From an uncultured bacterium (lineage in GTDB: Bacteria > Krumholzibacteriota > Krumholzibacteriia > Krumholzibacteriales > WJIX01): DNA of 64,000 bases. The position numbers were made by a program, and so were the translations under genes. The notes under the pieces were generated by a model, which did no database searches, was not told the DNA's origin, and saw nothing but the letters and a program-made list of their open reading frames with translations. Positions 8,451 through 17,267 of the stretch are shown in pieces. The DNA is taken from NCBI GenBank assembly GCA_964488475.1, contig CAZAUK010000016.1:73-64072 (forward strand), read 5' to 3'. Numbering within the stretch: the first letter of the stretch is position 1; each line of letters opens with the position of its first letter.

Positions 8451-9940
8451 ATCGGTATCCTGAACTGTTTTCTCTCTCTTCGGTCGAGTACGATGAACGT
8501 GTTCAGTATAATGAATACGATCGACGTCAATATACCAAGGATAAACAGTCTTTTATAGCTGTTCAAGATAAAACCCCTTATCACCAGCCAGCTTCCCAGG
8601 TGAATCAGGCAGCCCAGCAGAAAAGTGCCCAGTACGACTTTCACGTATTTAAGAAGCTCCATATTTATGACCCTGTTGGTGTAGGCCGGAATCACGAACA
8701 GGTTTGTTATCATGATGGGAATAGTTGTCCCCATAGCGACTCCCAGGATTCCGTATCTTCTCACCAGCAGAAGACTCAGGGCCAGGTTCGCCACCCCCTC
8801 CAGAGTTACGGTTATCGCGTACATCTTATGCCTGGAAAGACCGAAAAGCACCGTCTTGGATGTGATTTGTATCGTGTTGAAAAGCACCCCGATGGTAAGG
8901 AGCGCCAGAACGCTGTAAGAATCTCCATACTGGGGCCCCATCCACCTCAGGATAAAAGCCTTTCCGTATATGAGCAGGGACCCGCCCACGAATACCGATG
9001 CGATTGTGTTCAGCTTGGAGATGAATATATAATTCTTTCTTATGTTATCGTAATCCTTTATTCCCTCCATTCTGCTGAATACGGGCATCACCAGCGCTAT
9101 GGCGTTGGTTATCAGCAGAACGTAGTACTTGGTTATTCGGGCGCCAATATTATAGTGAGTCACCATTCCCAGCCCGATAAAAGCGGTGATGACAAAAGCA
9201 TCCAGGTGAAACTGGAGCCGGTCGCCCACGGTGGCTATGAAACTGTAGACGCTGTAACCCAGAAGCTCCCTGACCCTGTTCTTTCTGAAGTAGCTAAGAC
9301 CGACCACCAGCTCCGGATAGTTCTTAAGGGCGTAGAAGATAAAGACTCCGCACTGGGTGGTCTCCACCGCGAATGATATTAAAGCCAGAGCGATTATACC
9401 GTGCCCCCGGCTCAGGAAGAATACGATCAGGCCCGTTCTTATCAGGGCCTTGATAAGTTCTATTATGTTGACAACGTCGTACCGGATATGGGCGTAGAGG
9501 AAGCCGGTGAAAGCCCTGACCGGAAAAGAGATGGCCATAGTGACGGCTATGACCATGGTCACGATCCTGAAGATCCTTACGTCAGAGGTTTTATCCATGA
9601 AATGGGGGGTGAGCCAGACAATGACCAGGGCCGCGATTACAGTCAGAAGGGCGGCCACGAAGAAAAGGGCCAGGCAGGTGTTGAAGACTGCGTTGGCTTC
9701 TTCCCGGTCTTCTTTGCCCAGAGCTCTTGAAATGAATCTCTCGTTCGCTCTTGAGAGGCCCAGATCGAGAAGCCCGTAGTATCCCACGAACGCCGCGGCC
9801 AGCACCCACAGGCCGTACCACCTGTCTCCCAGGCTTCCGATTACGAAAGGCATAAGGAAAAAGGTGATGATTACGTTGCAGACGGGTATGAGCACCCTGA
9901 CAAATGATCCCTGAATCAATCTTCTGGCAAGAGTAGCCAT
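8447..9940 (-). CDS. Wzx-like oligosaccharide flippase (MOP superfamily)
   Basis: 497 aa with about 12-14 hydrophobic segments; LG...YGLWVLA, LLDLGL and RYGILGVAMGT patterns; located in the glycan locus. Confidence 0.88.
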   Translation of the reverse strand: MATLARRLIQGSFVRVLIPVCNVIITFFLMPFVIGSLGDRWYGLWVLAAAFVGYYGLLDLGLSRANERFISRALGKEDREEANAVFNTCLALFFVAALLTVIAALVIVWLTPHFMDKTSDVRIFRIVTMVIAVTMAISFPVRAFTGFLYAHIRYDVVNIIELIKALIRTGLIVFFLSRGHGIIALALISFAVETTQCGVFIFYALKNYPELVVGLSYFRKNRVRELLGYSVYSFIATVGDRLQFHLDAFVITAFIGLGMVTHYNIGARITKYYVLLITNAIALVMPVFSRMEGIKDYDNIRKNYIFISKLNTIASVFVGGSLLIYGKAFILRWMGPQYGDSYSVLALLTIGVLFNTIQITSKTVLFGLSRHKMYAITVTLEGVANLALSLLLVRRYGILGVAMGTTIPIMITNLFVIPAYTNRVINMELLKYVKVVLGTFLLGCLIHLGSWLVIRGFILNSYKRLFILGILTSIVFIILNTFIVLDRRERKQFRIPI

Positions 9941-9982
9941 CTTGTATATAACCTCTGAGCGCCGGTATCGCCCTTGAATTGC

Positions 9983-10978
9983 TTATTCCAGGTCCAAGCG
10001 CTTTGCTACGGCCTCTATGATCTTCCCTTTTTCTTCCGCTTCAAGCCGCTCTATGGCCTCGTTGCGCTCCATGTACCCTTCCCTGACCAGCTTACCCAGT
10101 TCGAAGGCGTATGGATGAAAATTGAATTTGGCCCGGTGAATCTTGTTGGCGAAAGCGTTCAGAAGGCAGTTGGTCGAGTTAGGATCGGTATCGTCCGGTT
10201 TGCGCCAGCCCATTCTCTGGATTTCTTCCAGTATAAAGTCCTCGTCATATTCGAGAAAGGCCAGGGGGCTGACGTTGTAGGGGAATCTCTCCTTCATTTT
10301 GAAGTGTTCCTCTGTGAGAAAATAATTGTCAATGCCCGGTCCGGCAGCTTCAAGCATCGGTTCATAAAGAGCTTTCTGCATGGTGCGGATCATCGCCGGA
10401 TTATTCTTGAATATGGAAGCCTGTATTGGAGCCTGCCCGGGAGACCAGCCGTAGGTTATGAATGGTATCCCCATGTCGATGGCCAGTCGAAGAGCTATGT
10501 ACTTGACTATTCCCATACAGCTGGTGCAGATGGTGCTCGCCCTCTCCAGGGTTTTGGCGGAATACATGGTGGAAGAGGAGGCCCGCCTGAATATTTTTTT
10601 CATCACATCGAAGCGGGGTTTATACAGGATATGGTCCACCTCCAGGTTTTCGACCACCTTTCGAATATTGTCAATGGCGGCCGGTGATATGAATCCGTTG
10701 TCCATGGTGAACGCCAGTATTGAGACGTTGTATCTTTCTTTGATAACGGCCATGGTGTAGGTTGAATCCTTGCCTCCGCTGTAAGCCATAAGGCAGTCAT
10801 AATTTCCCGGCGAGCGGCGTTCTTCCAGAAGTTTTTCGAATTTCAGCCTGTACTTCCGCATCGATTCAGCCAGTTTTTTCTCCCCTCCGAAAGCCCTGCA
10901 GAAATTGCATACCCCGTTTTCATCGAAATCTATTCCGGGAAATGTCTCGGGAAGAACACAATTCGTACATCTTTTCAT
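9983..10978 (-). CDS. N-acetyl sugar amidotransferase-like PP-loop protein (WbuX/WbpG-like)
   Basis: N-terminal CxxC...CxxC (RCTNCVLP...CNFC), PP-loop YSGGKDS, later CxxC. Confidence 0.8.
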   Translation of the reverse strand: MKRCTNCVLPETFPGIDFDENGVCNFCRAFGGEKKLAESMRKYRLKFEKLLEERRSPGNYDCLMAYSGGKDSTYTMAVIKERYNVSILAFTMDNGFISPAAIDNIRKVVENLEVDHILYKPRFDVMKKIFRRASSSTMYSAKTLERASTICTSCMGIVKYIALRLAIDMGIPFITYGWSPGQAPIQASIFKNNPAMIRTMQKALYEPMLEAAGPGIDNYFLTEEHFKMKERFPYNVSPLAFLEYDEDFILEEIQRMGWRKPDDTDPNSTNCLLNAFANKIHRAKFNFHPYAFELGKLVREGYMERNEAIERLEAEEKGKIIEAVAKRLDLE

Positions 10979-11040
10979 GTCGATCGCCCCTTTTTATATT
11001 TCATTGATCTTATACTATAAGTGCCTTCTGTCATGATTTC

Positions 11041-12006
11041 TTATTCCATCGATGGAGGCATTATCCTCAGGTGCCTGGTTATTTCTATCTTATGCGCCAG
11101 ATCGGCCCATGCCCTTTTGATCTGATCCCGCTGAAGTCCCAGCGCTTGAGCGGCTTCTTCTTTCCCGATGTTATTTTCAATAGCGTAAAGTATGGTATCG
11201 ACCACGTCGTAGGGAAGGCAGAAATAGAAATCCTCGTCACTGACCTCAAAGCTGTAGGTATCGGGGCTGGGGGTCCGGGATAGGATCTGCTGAGGAACCT
11301 GCAGATATTTTCCAAGCTGGTAGACCTGGTACTTGTAAAGATGGGCGATAGGTTCGATGTCGACTCCGCCGTCTCCGTACTTCACGAAGAAGCCCTGCAT
11401 GGTCTCCGATCTGTTGGTGGTGCCGCATACGATGTAGTGGCGTTTTTCCGCCTGGTAGTAAAGGGTGGTCATCCTGACTCTCTGCTTGATATCGTTTGCC
11501 GCCATTATTTCCAGATAATCCTTTATGGGAAGCCGTTTTCTGATCACATCTCCACCTTCCGGCAGCACTTCGAGGTAATATACGTTCAGTCGGTCGCGGT
11601 TTAGAAGGTCCTGCGGCAGGACCAGGCGGAATCTGTAAGGTTTGGCCACATCCGGGAGCAGTTTCTCGACCACCGTTTCCCTCTTGCTGTAAACTCCGAA
11701 TTCCTTGAGAACTGAGGTGAGATCGATTTCCATGCATTCGATTCCGAGGTCTTCCGCGACGGATTTCCCGTACTCCCTGCTTACCGGGTTGGAGTCCGCT
11801 TCGGGAAGAAGCACGCCGATGACCTTTTCAGGGCCTATCGCTCTTACCGCCAGGGCGGCGGATACCGCTGAATCAAGTCCTCCGCTCAGGCCGATGACTA
11901 TTCCCCTTCTTCCGTAGAAATCAGAGAGTGAATCACGGATAAATTTCTGCACCTTGGTAGAAACCGCTTCCGGGTTTATATTTAGATCATCCTTGCTGAA
12001 CGGCAT
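11041..12006 (-). CDS. nadE: NH3-dependent NAD+ synthetase-like protein (ACP-operon paralogue)
   Basis: GLSGGLDSAV, NIKQR-like DIKQRVRM, GTTNRSE, FVKYGDGG and PIAHLYK motifs; carries an internal insertion; lies in an operon with an ACP and an adenylation enzyme. Confidence 0.8.
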   Translation of the reverse strand: MPFSKDDLNINPEAVSTKVQKFIRDSLSDFYGRRGIVIGLSGGLDSAVSAALAVRAIGPEKVIGVLLPEADSNPVSREYGKSVAEDLGIECMEIDLTSVLKEFGVYSKRETVVEKLLPDVAKPYRFRLVLPQDLLNRDRLNVYYLEVLPEGGDVIRKRLPIKDYLEIMAANDIKQRVRMTTLYYQAEKRHYIVCGTTNRSETMQGFFVKYGDGGVDIEPIAHLYKYQVYQLGKYLQVPQQILSRTPSPDTYSFEVSDEDFYFCLPYDVVDTILYAIENNIGKEEAAQALGLQRDQIKRAWADLAHKIEITRHLRIMPPSME

Positions 12007-12067
12007 CGATTTTTCCTTTCTTCGATCCTCTTGGAGGATTATTTTGGAACTTGGGAAGTGGGATCCG

Positions 12068-13600
12068 TTATAGTCCCTTGGTGGTAATCTTGCCCGAAGA
12101 GGTCTTCGGCAGACTGTCCATTATGATTACCTGCTGGGGGACCATAAAATCTTCCAGGTGTTTTCTGGCGTGCGCCATGATTTTCTTTTCCGTCATGGAG
12201 GAAGATTTCTTCAGAACCACGAAGGCCTTTACCGCCTCTCCCAGAGTGGGGTCCGGCACACCCTTGACGGCGGCCTCTACCACGTCCGGATGAGCGTAGA
12301 GGGCTTTCTCCACCTCTTTCGGGCTTACCTTTTCCCCCCGGCTTTTGATTATATCATCTTTTCGGGATACAAAATACAGAAACCCTTCCTCATCCATTCT
12401 GAAAAGGTCGCCTGTGTAAAGCACTTTTTCCCAAGGGACTACTCCCGGTTTGAGCATTTTATCCGTCTCTGAGGGGAGTTCCCAGTAGCCTTTCATTACG
12501 TTTGAACCGCGAACCACCAGCTCGCCGGTCACTCCCGGTTCTATGATCCGCATTCCTTCTTCGTCTACCAGGAATACTTCCTCGTTCGGCATTCCCTTTC
12601 CCACAGATTCCGGCCTGCGGTCCAGCTCTTCCGGCGGAAGGTAGGAAACCCTTTTGCACTCGGTCAGACCGTACATTGAATATATCAGAGCGCCCGGAAA
12701 TATCTTCTGAAGGCCCCGAATGTGACTGACCGGAAGAGCCGCCGCGGTATTAGTGATATATCTGAGATGCTCAAAGTTTTCATCTTCGAGCTTCTTCAAC
12801 TGAAGTAGGATGGCGGAAATGGTGGGAACGATGGGGAATCCCGTTATCTTTTCCTCCTTCAGGGTATTAATTATTTCATAGGGATAGATAAAAGATTTCT
12901 TGAGGACCACCGTGCCTCCGAACTGAAAGGACATTATTATCTGATACAGGCCGTAATCGAAAGAGAGGGGAAGCACGTCCAGGATTATGTCGTCCTCTGT
13001 GTTTCCCAGATAGGTGGTTATGGATGTCGATGCGGAGACCATGTTCAGATGAGTCAGCATTACCCCTTTGGGATTTCCCGTGGTTCCTGAGGTGTATATC
13101 AGGGAGGCCAGGTCGATATCGATATTCCGGCGCTTCGGCGCTTGAGGGGGAGATCCACCCATAACCTCATCCCACTTTTTCATGGGAACGGGAAGGTCCG
13201 TTTTTATATCCTTTCCCACCGTGATGAGGGCTTTCAGATAATTCGATTCCGAGGCCGCCTTTAGAGCCGCTTCTCTTCTTCTGTAGTCGATGATGAGCGC
13301 AGTGGCCCGGCAGTTATTAAATATGTAGGCTAGCTTTTCACTTTTGGTGGTAGGGTTTATAACGACGAACACCGCGTCCGCCTTGAGGATTCCAAAAATG
13401 CTGATCACCGTCTCGGGAGAGTTGTCCAGAAGGATGGCCACCCGTTCTCCGCGATCCACTCCCAGCTCTGACAGTGAGTGGGCCAGACGGTCAGCGCTGC
13501 CATCCACTTCCCGGTAGGTGAGCCTGCGGTCACCGTCAATAAGGGCTGTTTTTCCGGCAAGCCTTGCCGCCGAATTCTCGAGAAATTCCTGAACCAGCAT
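12068..13600 (-). CDS. AMP-binding adenylation enzyme (acyl/aminoacyl-ACP ligase), similar to exosortase-locus ligases
   Basis: YTSGTTGNPKG, LSFDYG, YGLTE, YTGD...SRKDD and PKTSSGK motifs; start ATG 13600 (MLVQEFLE) behind GGGGAG. Confidence 0.88.
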   Translation of the reverse strand: MLVQEFLENSAARLAGKTALIDGDRRLTYREVDGSADRLAHSLSELGVDRGERVAILLDNSPETVISIFGILKADAVFVVINPTTKSEKLAYIFNNCRATALIIDYRRREAALKAASESNYLKALITVGKDIKTDLPVPMKKWDEVMGGSPPQAPKRRNIDIDLASLIYTSGTTGNPKGVMLTHLNMVSASTSITTYLGNTEDDIILDVLPLSFDYGLYQIIMSFQFGGTVVLKKSFIYPYEIINTLKEEKITGFPIVPTISAILLQLKKLEDENFEHLRYITNTAAALPVSHIRGLQKIFPGALIYSMYGLTECKRVSYLPPEELDRRPESVGKGMPNEEVFLVDEEGMRIIEPGVTGELVVRGSNVMKGYWELPSETDKMLKPGVVPWEKVLYTGDLFRMDEEGFLYFVSRKDDIIKSRGEKVSPKEVEKALYAHPDVVEAAVKGVPDPTLGEAVKAFVVLKKSSSMTEKKIMAHARKHLEDFMVPQQVIIMDSLPKTSSGKITTKGL

Positions 13601-13713
13601 CTTAATCCTTTTTGTCTCCCCTCGGCATTGCGGGTTCCGGCGGGTCCTCAAACCGCGGTTTTCCGCGCGCCGGCGGTCCATCAAATTACGGCATCCCGCA
13701 CGCCAGCGGCTCC

Positions 13714-13962
13714 TCAGCCCGATGCTTTCCTGTTTATGTATTCGGTCAGCTTGTTAACGGAATCGAAATTGTCGGGCACCAGTTCCTCGTCCGCCACTTC
13801 GAATTCGAACTCCTCCTCGATGTAAGAGACCAGCTCAAGGATCCCTGTTGAGTCTATTATTCCGTTTTCCATGAAGGAATCGTCGTCGGAGATCTTCTCG
13901 TCTTCCGAGTCGAGAAGGACGTTATCCTCCAGAAAAGCGTATATCTTCGCCTTTATTTCCAT
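13714..13962 (-). CDS. Acyl/aminoacyl carrier protein
   Basis: 82 aa, acidic; phosphopantetheine site GIIDSTGILELV; GGAGG RBS. Confidence 0.92.
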   Translation of the reverse strand: MEIKAKIYAFLEDNVLLDSEDEKISDDDSFMENGIIDSTGILELVSYIEEEFEFEVADEELVPDNFDSVNKLTEYINRKASG

Positions 13963-14053
13963 TCCGCCTCCTTAATATATCGACCCTTATTCTGAATGGT
14001 TTAGTATAGTATCAGCCGGCCGGTCAATCAATTCATTAGCGACTTTTTGAAAT

Positions 14054-14069
14054 TGCAAGAATCCTGCCA
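14054..14069 (-). promoter_or_regulatory. Sigma-54 promoter TGGCAGGATTCTTGCA driving the ACP operon
   Basis: Matches TGGCAC-N5-TTGCW with exact GG/GC spacing, about 90 nt upstream of the ACP start. Confidence 0.7.
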
Positions 14070-14137
14070 CGGTTCGTCTGGAAAGCCCGCCCGCTGTCCT
14101 TTTATGATCATTAATGCCGGAACAGGGGAATATCACC

Positions 14138-14437
14138 TCATAGTTTATCGATAACCGACTTCAACTTTCCCCCCATGGTAATATCTTTATCCTTTCTGTC
14201 GTCTATGATTATGGTTGTCAGGACCCTGCCCGCTCCCCGCTCAAAGGGCAAGCTGTGAAGTTCTGATATTACATCCATAATCTCCTTATACTCCCCTTCC
14301 AGGATAGTCGCCATGGGAGTAAGCTGGTATTTTATGTTTGTCTTGCTCTCCAGCACCTTTTGGCAACCGGCCACGTAGCTGCTTACGCTGGTGCTTCCCG
14401 TTCCGACCGGAACAACTGAAACAGATACTATCGCCAT
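14138..14437 (-). CDS. MTH1187/YkoF-family thiamine-binding protein
   Basis: VSVVPVGTGSTSVSSYV, YQLTPMATILEG and RVLTTIIIDDR motifs; start ATG 14437. Confidence 0.88.
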   Translation of the reverse strand: MAIVSVSVVPVGTGSTSVSSYVAGCQKVLESKTNIKYQLTPMATILEGEYKEIMDVISELHSLPFERGAGRVLTTIIIDDRKDKDITMGGKLKSVIDKL

Positions 14438-14634
14438 GTCTGTTTTCCTTTCCAAGCTTACTTCCGAAGCCCCTGTGGACTTGAGGCCAGAAATCAGTAT
14501 ATACGATTAACCGTGCTTCGGCCACCGGCTTTTTCACTGCCGGGGTGTCAAGGTTTGAGTGCTGATTCCCTTCAGGTTTGATAGTTTTGATTGACTCGGT
14601 CCTGTTATTACGTGAGAATATGGAAGCGATTTTT

Positions 14635-14650
14635 TGGATTGATATTTGCG
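14635..14650 (+). promoter_or_regulatory. Candidate sigma-54 promoter TGGATTGATATTTGCG
   Basis: GG and TTGC correctly spaced, about 50 nt before ATG 14703; the -24 box is degenerate. Confidence 0.45.
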
Positions 14651-14702
14651 TGAATTCACTCTGAAAGCGCCAGTGACTTAAGTTTTCCAGAGAGGCAGGA
14701 TC

Positions 14703-15569
14703 ATGAAACGCTGCGCGAGGTGTCTTCTTCCGGAGACGATACCCGGAATCAGTTTTGGCCATGAGGGGCTCTGCAGTTACTGCCGGAACTACCGTTCCAT
14801 CGAGTACCGGGGAGAGGAAGAGCTGGTCAGGCTGCTGGAAGAGGCCAGGAGCGGGAACCGTGAGTACGACTGCATTGTTCCTCTAAGCGGCGGCAGGGAC
14901 AGCAGTTATGTCTTGTATTTGGCGAAGAAAAGGTACGGGCTAAAAGTTCTGGCGGTAAACTATGATAATGAATTCAGGTCGAAGCAGGCCCTCGCGAACA
15001 TGAAGGCCGCCTGCTCGATCCTGGACGTCGACTTTGTTTCTCTCAGGTCAAAAAGAGGGATCGCCGGAAAGATAGTGGAGGCTTCGATCAGGAATTCATC
15101 CCGGGAGGGACTGAAATCGCTGGCCACCAGCTTCTGCGACGCCTGCGCATACGGGTATCAGGCGGTCGTCTATATCATGGCTGAAAAACATAAGGTTCCG
15201 CTGATCCTCTGGGGAAGCTCCGAAATGGAGTATACCGGGCACCTGACCGACGAGTTTTTCTCGGAGAGGAAATCGCCCTGGCGGAAGATACTTAACCAGA
15301 CCAGGGTCTTCCGGCTCAAGATCCTTAAGCTTCTACAGAGACTTGAATTCCCCGTTCCGGGCAATCTTTCTGTGGCGCTGCGGCTGGGCAGTCCCTGGCT
15401 TATGAATGATAAGATATCGGAGATCAGAGTATTTGATTATATCCCCTGGAAGCAGGATACCATAGTACGTACTATAAGGGAGGAACTGGGGTGGAGGAAA
15501 CCCGAGGATTCGGCTTCGACCTGGAGAACGGATTGTGAGCTGGAAAAATGGTCGAATACTGTTTTATGA
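14703..15569 (+). CDS. Second N-acetyl sugar amidotransferase-like protein, prematurely stopped at 15567-15569
   Basis: RCARCLLP...CSYC, LSGGRDS PP-loop, CDAC; paralogous to 9983..10978 but missing its C-terminus. Confidence 0.8.
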   Translation: MKRCARCLLPETIPGISFGHEGLCSYCRNYRSIEYRGEEELVRLLEEARSGNREYDCIVPLSGGRDSSYVLYLAKKRYGLKVLAVNYDNEFRSKQALANMKAACSILDVDFVSLRSKRGIAGKIVEASIRNSSREGLKSLATSFCDACAYGYQAVVYIMAEKHKVPLILWGSSEMEYTGHLTDEFFSERKSPWRKILNQTRVFRLKILKLLQRLEFPVPGNLSVALRLGSPWLMNDKISEIRVFDYIPWKQDTIVRTIREELGWRKPEDSASTWRTDCELEKWSNTVL

Positions 15570-15779
15570 ACCTGCTGGGCTGCAGCAAGAGATGCCTGGG
15601 GTTATCATAATATGATAAACGAAGGGCAGATGAGCACTGAGGAGGCAATAGAGCTGGAGGAGAGTATCAGCTCGCGTTTTACCGATGAGTTGAAAGAACT
15701 TCTTGAGATAATCGGATTGTCGGAAGAGGAGATCATAAGGATAGAATCTTTTCAGAACGGTCCGCCCTCCACCACTTGA
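15570..15779 (+). pseudogene. C-terminal continuation of the amidotransferase beyond the premature TGA
   Basis: The same frame continues as DAWGYHNMINEGQMSTEEAIELEE to TGA 15777-15779 and aligns without gaps to the paralogue's VREGYMERNEAIERLE. Confidence 0.7.
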
Positions 15780-15789
15780 TCTTAATATT

Positions 15790-17169
15790 ATGTCTAGCTC
15801 AAAATTATTCATAATTATAATGGCTTCCCTGATAGCGGTTGCCATAATCCTGATAGGACTTTTTTCCATACCTCTTGCCCTGATGGTGGCGGCCGGCGGT
15901 ATTACCGCTCTGGTGGTCTTTTTCGATCCATTCAAGGGCATGATCATATATGTAATCATCATTATCTTCAGACCGCAGGATTTTATCCCAGAGCTGGCGA
16001 ACGTCAGGGTTGCCCTGATAATGGCGATAATAATCCTGGCGTTTTTTCTGACCCACAAGGTATTGAAGAGGGAATCGATAAATTTTCTGGCCACCCGCCA
16101 GAACCTGCTGATGATATTGATGCTGATAATAGTACCGGTGAGTGTTCTGGTGAACAGCGGCCTGAAGCTGGCCTGGGAGCAGTTCAACGAATTTCTCACG
16201 ATTTTCTTCCTCTTTTTCATGGTGAGTAACGTTACCGAGAATTTTGAGAAAATGAAAAAGCTGATAACCGTGATTGTAATATGCGTCGCCATGATATCTC
16301 TTAACGGTCTGCTGCAGCACTTCAGGGGTTATGACGTAATCGGAAGAACTCCTCTTCTGGGACGTATCCGCTGGGTGGGTATATTCGGCGACCCCAACGA
16401 TCTGGCGCTATTGATAAACTCCTTTTTTCCACTGCTGCTTCTCTACTCCACCGGCAGGGGGGTGGGCCGGGGAGTCAGGTTTCTGTCGATACTGGCCGGG
16501 GCGGTCTTTCTACTGGCCGTCTATTATACCGATTCAAGGGGCGGGTTTCTGGCCCTGGCGGCGGTCCTGGTGCTCTTCGCTTATAAGAGGTGGGGTTTTC
16601 TGAGAGCTTTCCTGGTGGCCTCGGGAGCTTTCGTTGCTATATTCCTGGTGGGATTGGGGCGTATGACCAACCTCTCGCCCTATGAGGCGTCGGCCAGCGG
16701 AAGGGTGTTCGCCTGGATTCACGGGCTGGTCATGCTGAAGAACAACCCCGTTATAGGCATAGGATTTCAGGAGTTTTACGCAAACCACGGGCTTGCCGCC
16801 CACAGCGCGTTCATTGAATGCATGGCGGAACTGGGTCTGGTGGGTTATCTTGTCTGGATGACACTTCTCTATACCGCCGTTTCGGGCCTGATAAGATCGG
16901 AGAGGTATGAAACGGACCGGTCGGTCCACAGATACCTTGTTTTTCTTCAGCTGGCCTTCGCCGGGTTTATCGTAAGCTCTATCTTTCTCAACCAGGCCTA
17001 CAGCCCGGTACTATATATTATAGTGGCCCTTTCGTCGGTTATCGTCAAAGCCTCCCGGGCCGGCATAAAAATTCCGGTGATACCCGCTCCAAGGGAGATA
17101 GTCCACATCATAGCACTGATTACCGGGACCATCATACTTTACAAGCTGCTTGCTATCGTATACATATGA
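15790..17169 (+). CDS. O-antigen ligase / Wzy_C family membrane protein
   Basis: Multiple TM segments; GIFGDPNDLA, TDSRGGFL, GIG and AAHSAFIECMAELGLVG (Wzy_C His motif). Confidence 0.85.
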   Translation: MSSSKLFIIIMASLIAVAIILIGLFSIPLALMVAAGGITALVVFFDPFKGMIIYVIIIIFRPQDFIPELANVRVALIMAIIILAFFLTHKVLKRESINFLATRQNLLMILMLIIVPVSVLVNSGLKLAWEQFNEFLTIFFLFFMVSNVTENFEKMKKLITVIVICVAMISLNGLLQHFRGYDVIGRTPLLGRIRWVGIFGDPNDLALLINSFFPLLLLYSTGRGVGRGVRFLSILAGAVFLLAVYYTDSRGGFLALAAVLVLFAYKRWGFLRAFLVASGAFVAIFLVGLGRMTNLSPYEASASGRVFAWIHGLVMLKNNPVIGIGFQEFYANHGLAAHSAFIECMAELGLVGYLVWMTLLYTAVSGLIRSERYETDRSVHRYLVFLQLAFAGFIVSSIFLNQAYSPVLYIIVALSSVIVKASRAGIKIPVIPAPREIVHIIALITGTIILYKLLAIVYI

Positions 17170-17243
17170 TTGCGGGGTTCAATCACATTTATTACAAGAT
17201 ACGCACTAAACCGCGTTAACGATGCCGGGTGGAATAATATTCT

Positions 17244-17262
17244 CGGCTGAATCAACCAGCCG
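17244..17262. terminator. Short hairpin CGGCTG-N7-CAGCCG between convergent genes
   Basis: 6-bp stem just after the stop codon at 17268; no U-tract. Confidence 0.25.
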
Positions 17263-17267
17263 GAGGT

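Noticed and set aside
8600-9730. Long antisense and alternate-frame ORFs (e.g. 8600..9376, 15564..16292, 46634..47392)
   Set aside because: Shadow ORFs opposite well-supported genes, with no motifs or RBS.
12068-13962. NRPS/PKS secondary-metabolite cluster
   Set aside because: No condensation, ketosynthase or thioesterase domains; the neighbours are flippase and glycosyltransferase genes.
14026-14038. IHF-consensus match AATCAATTCATTA
   Set aside because: It lies downstream of the sigma-54 promoter rather than between promoter and enhancer; such matches are common by chance.
15567-15605. Selenocysteine recoding of the in-frame TGA
   Set aside because: A small hairpin follows (TGCTG-GGCTG-CAGCA), but the TGA does not align with a Cys of the paralogue and the shifted frame gives a more protein-like segment; compensating indels fit better.
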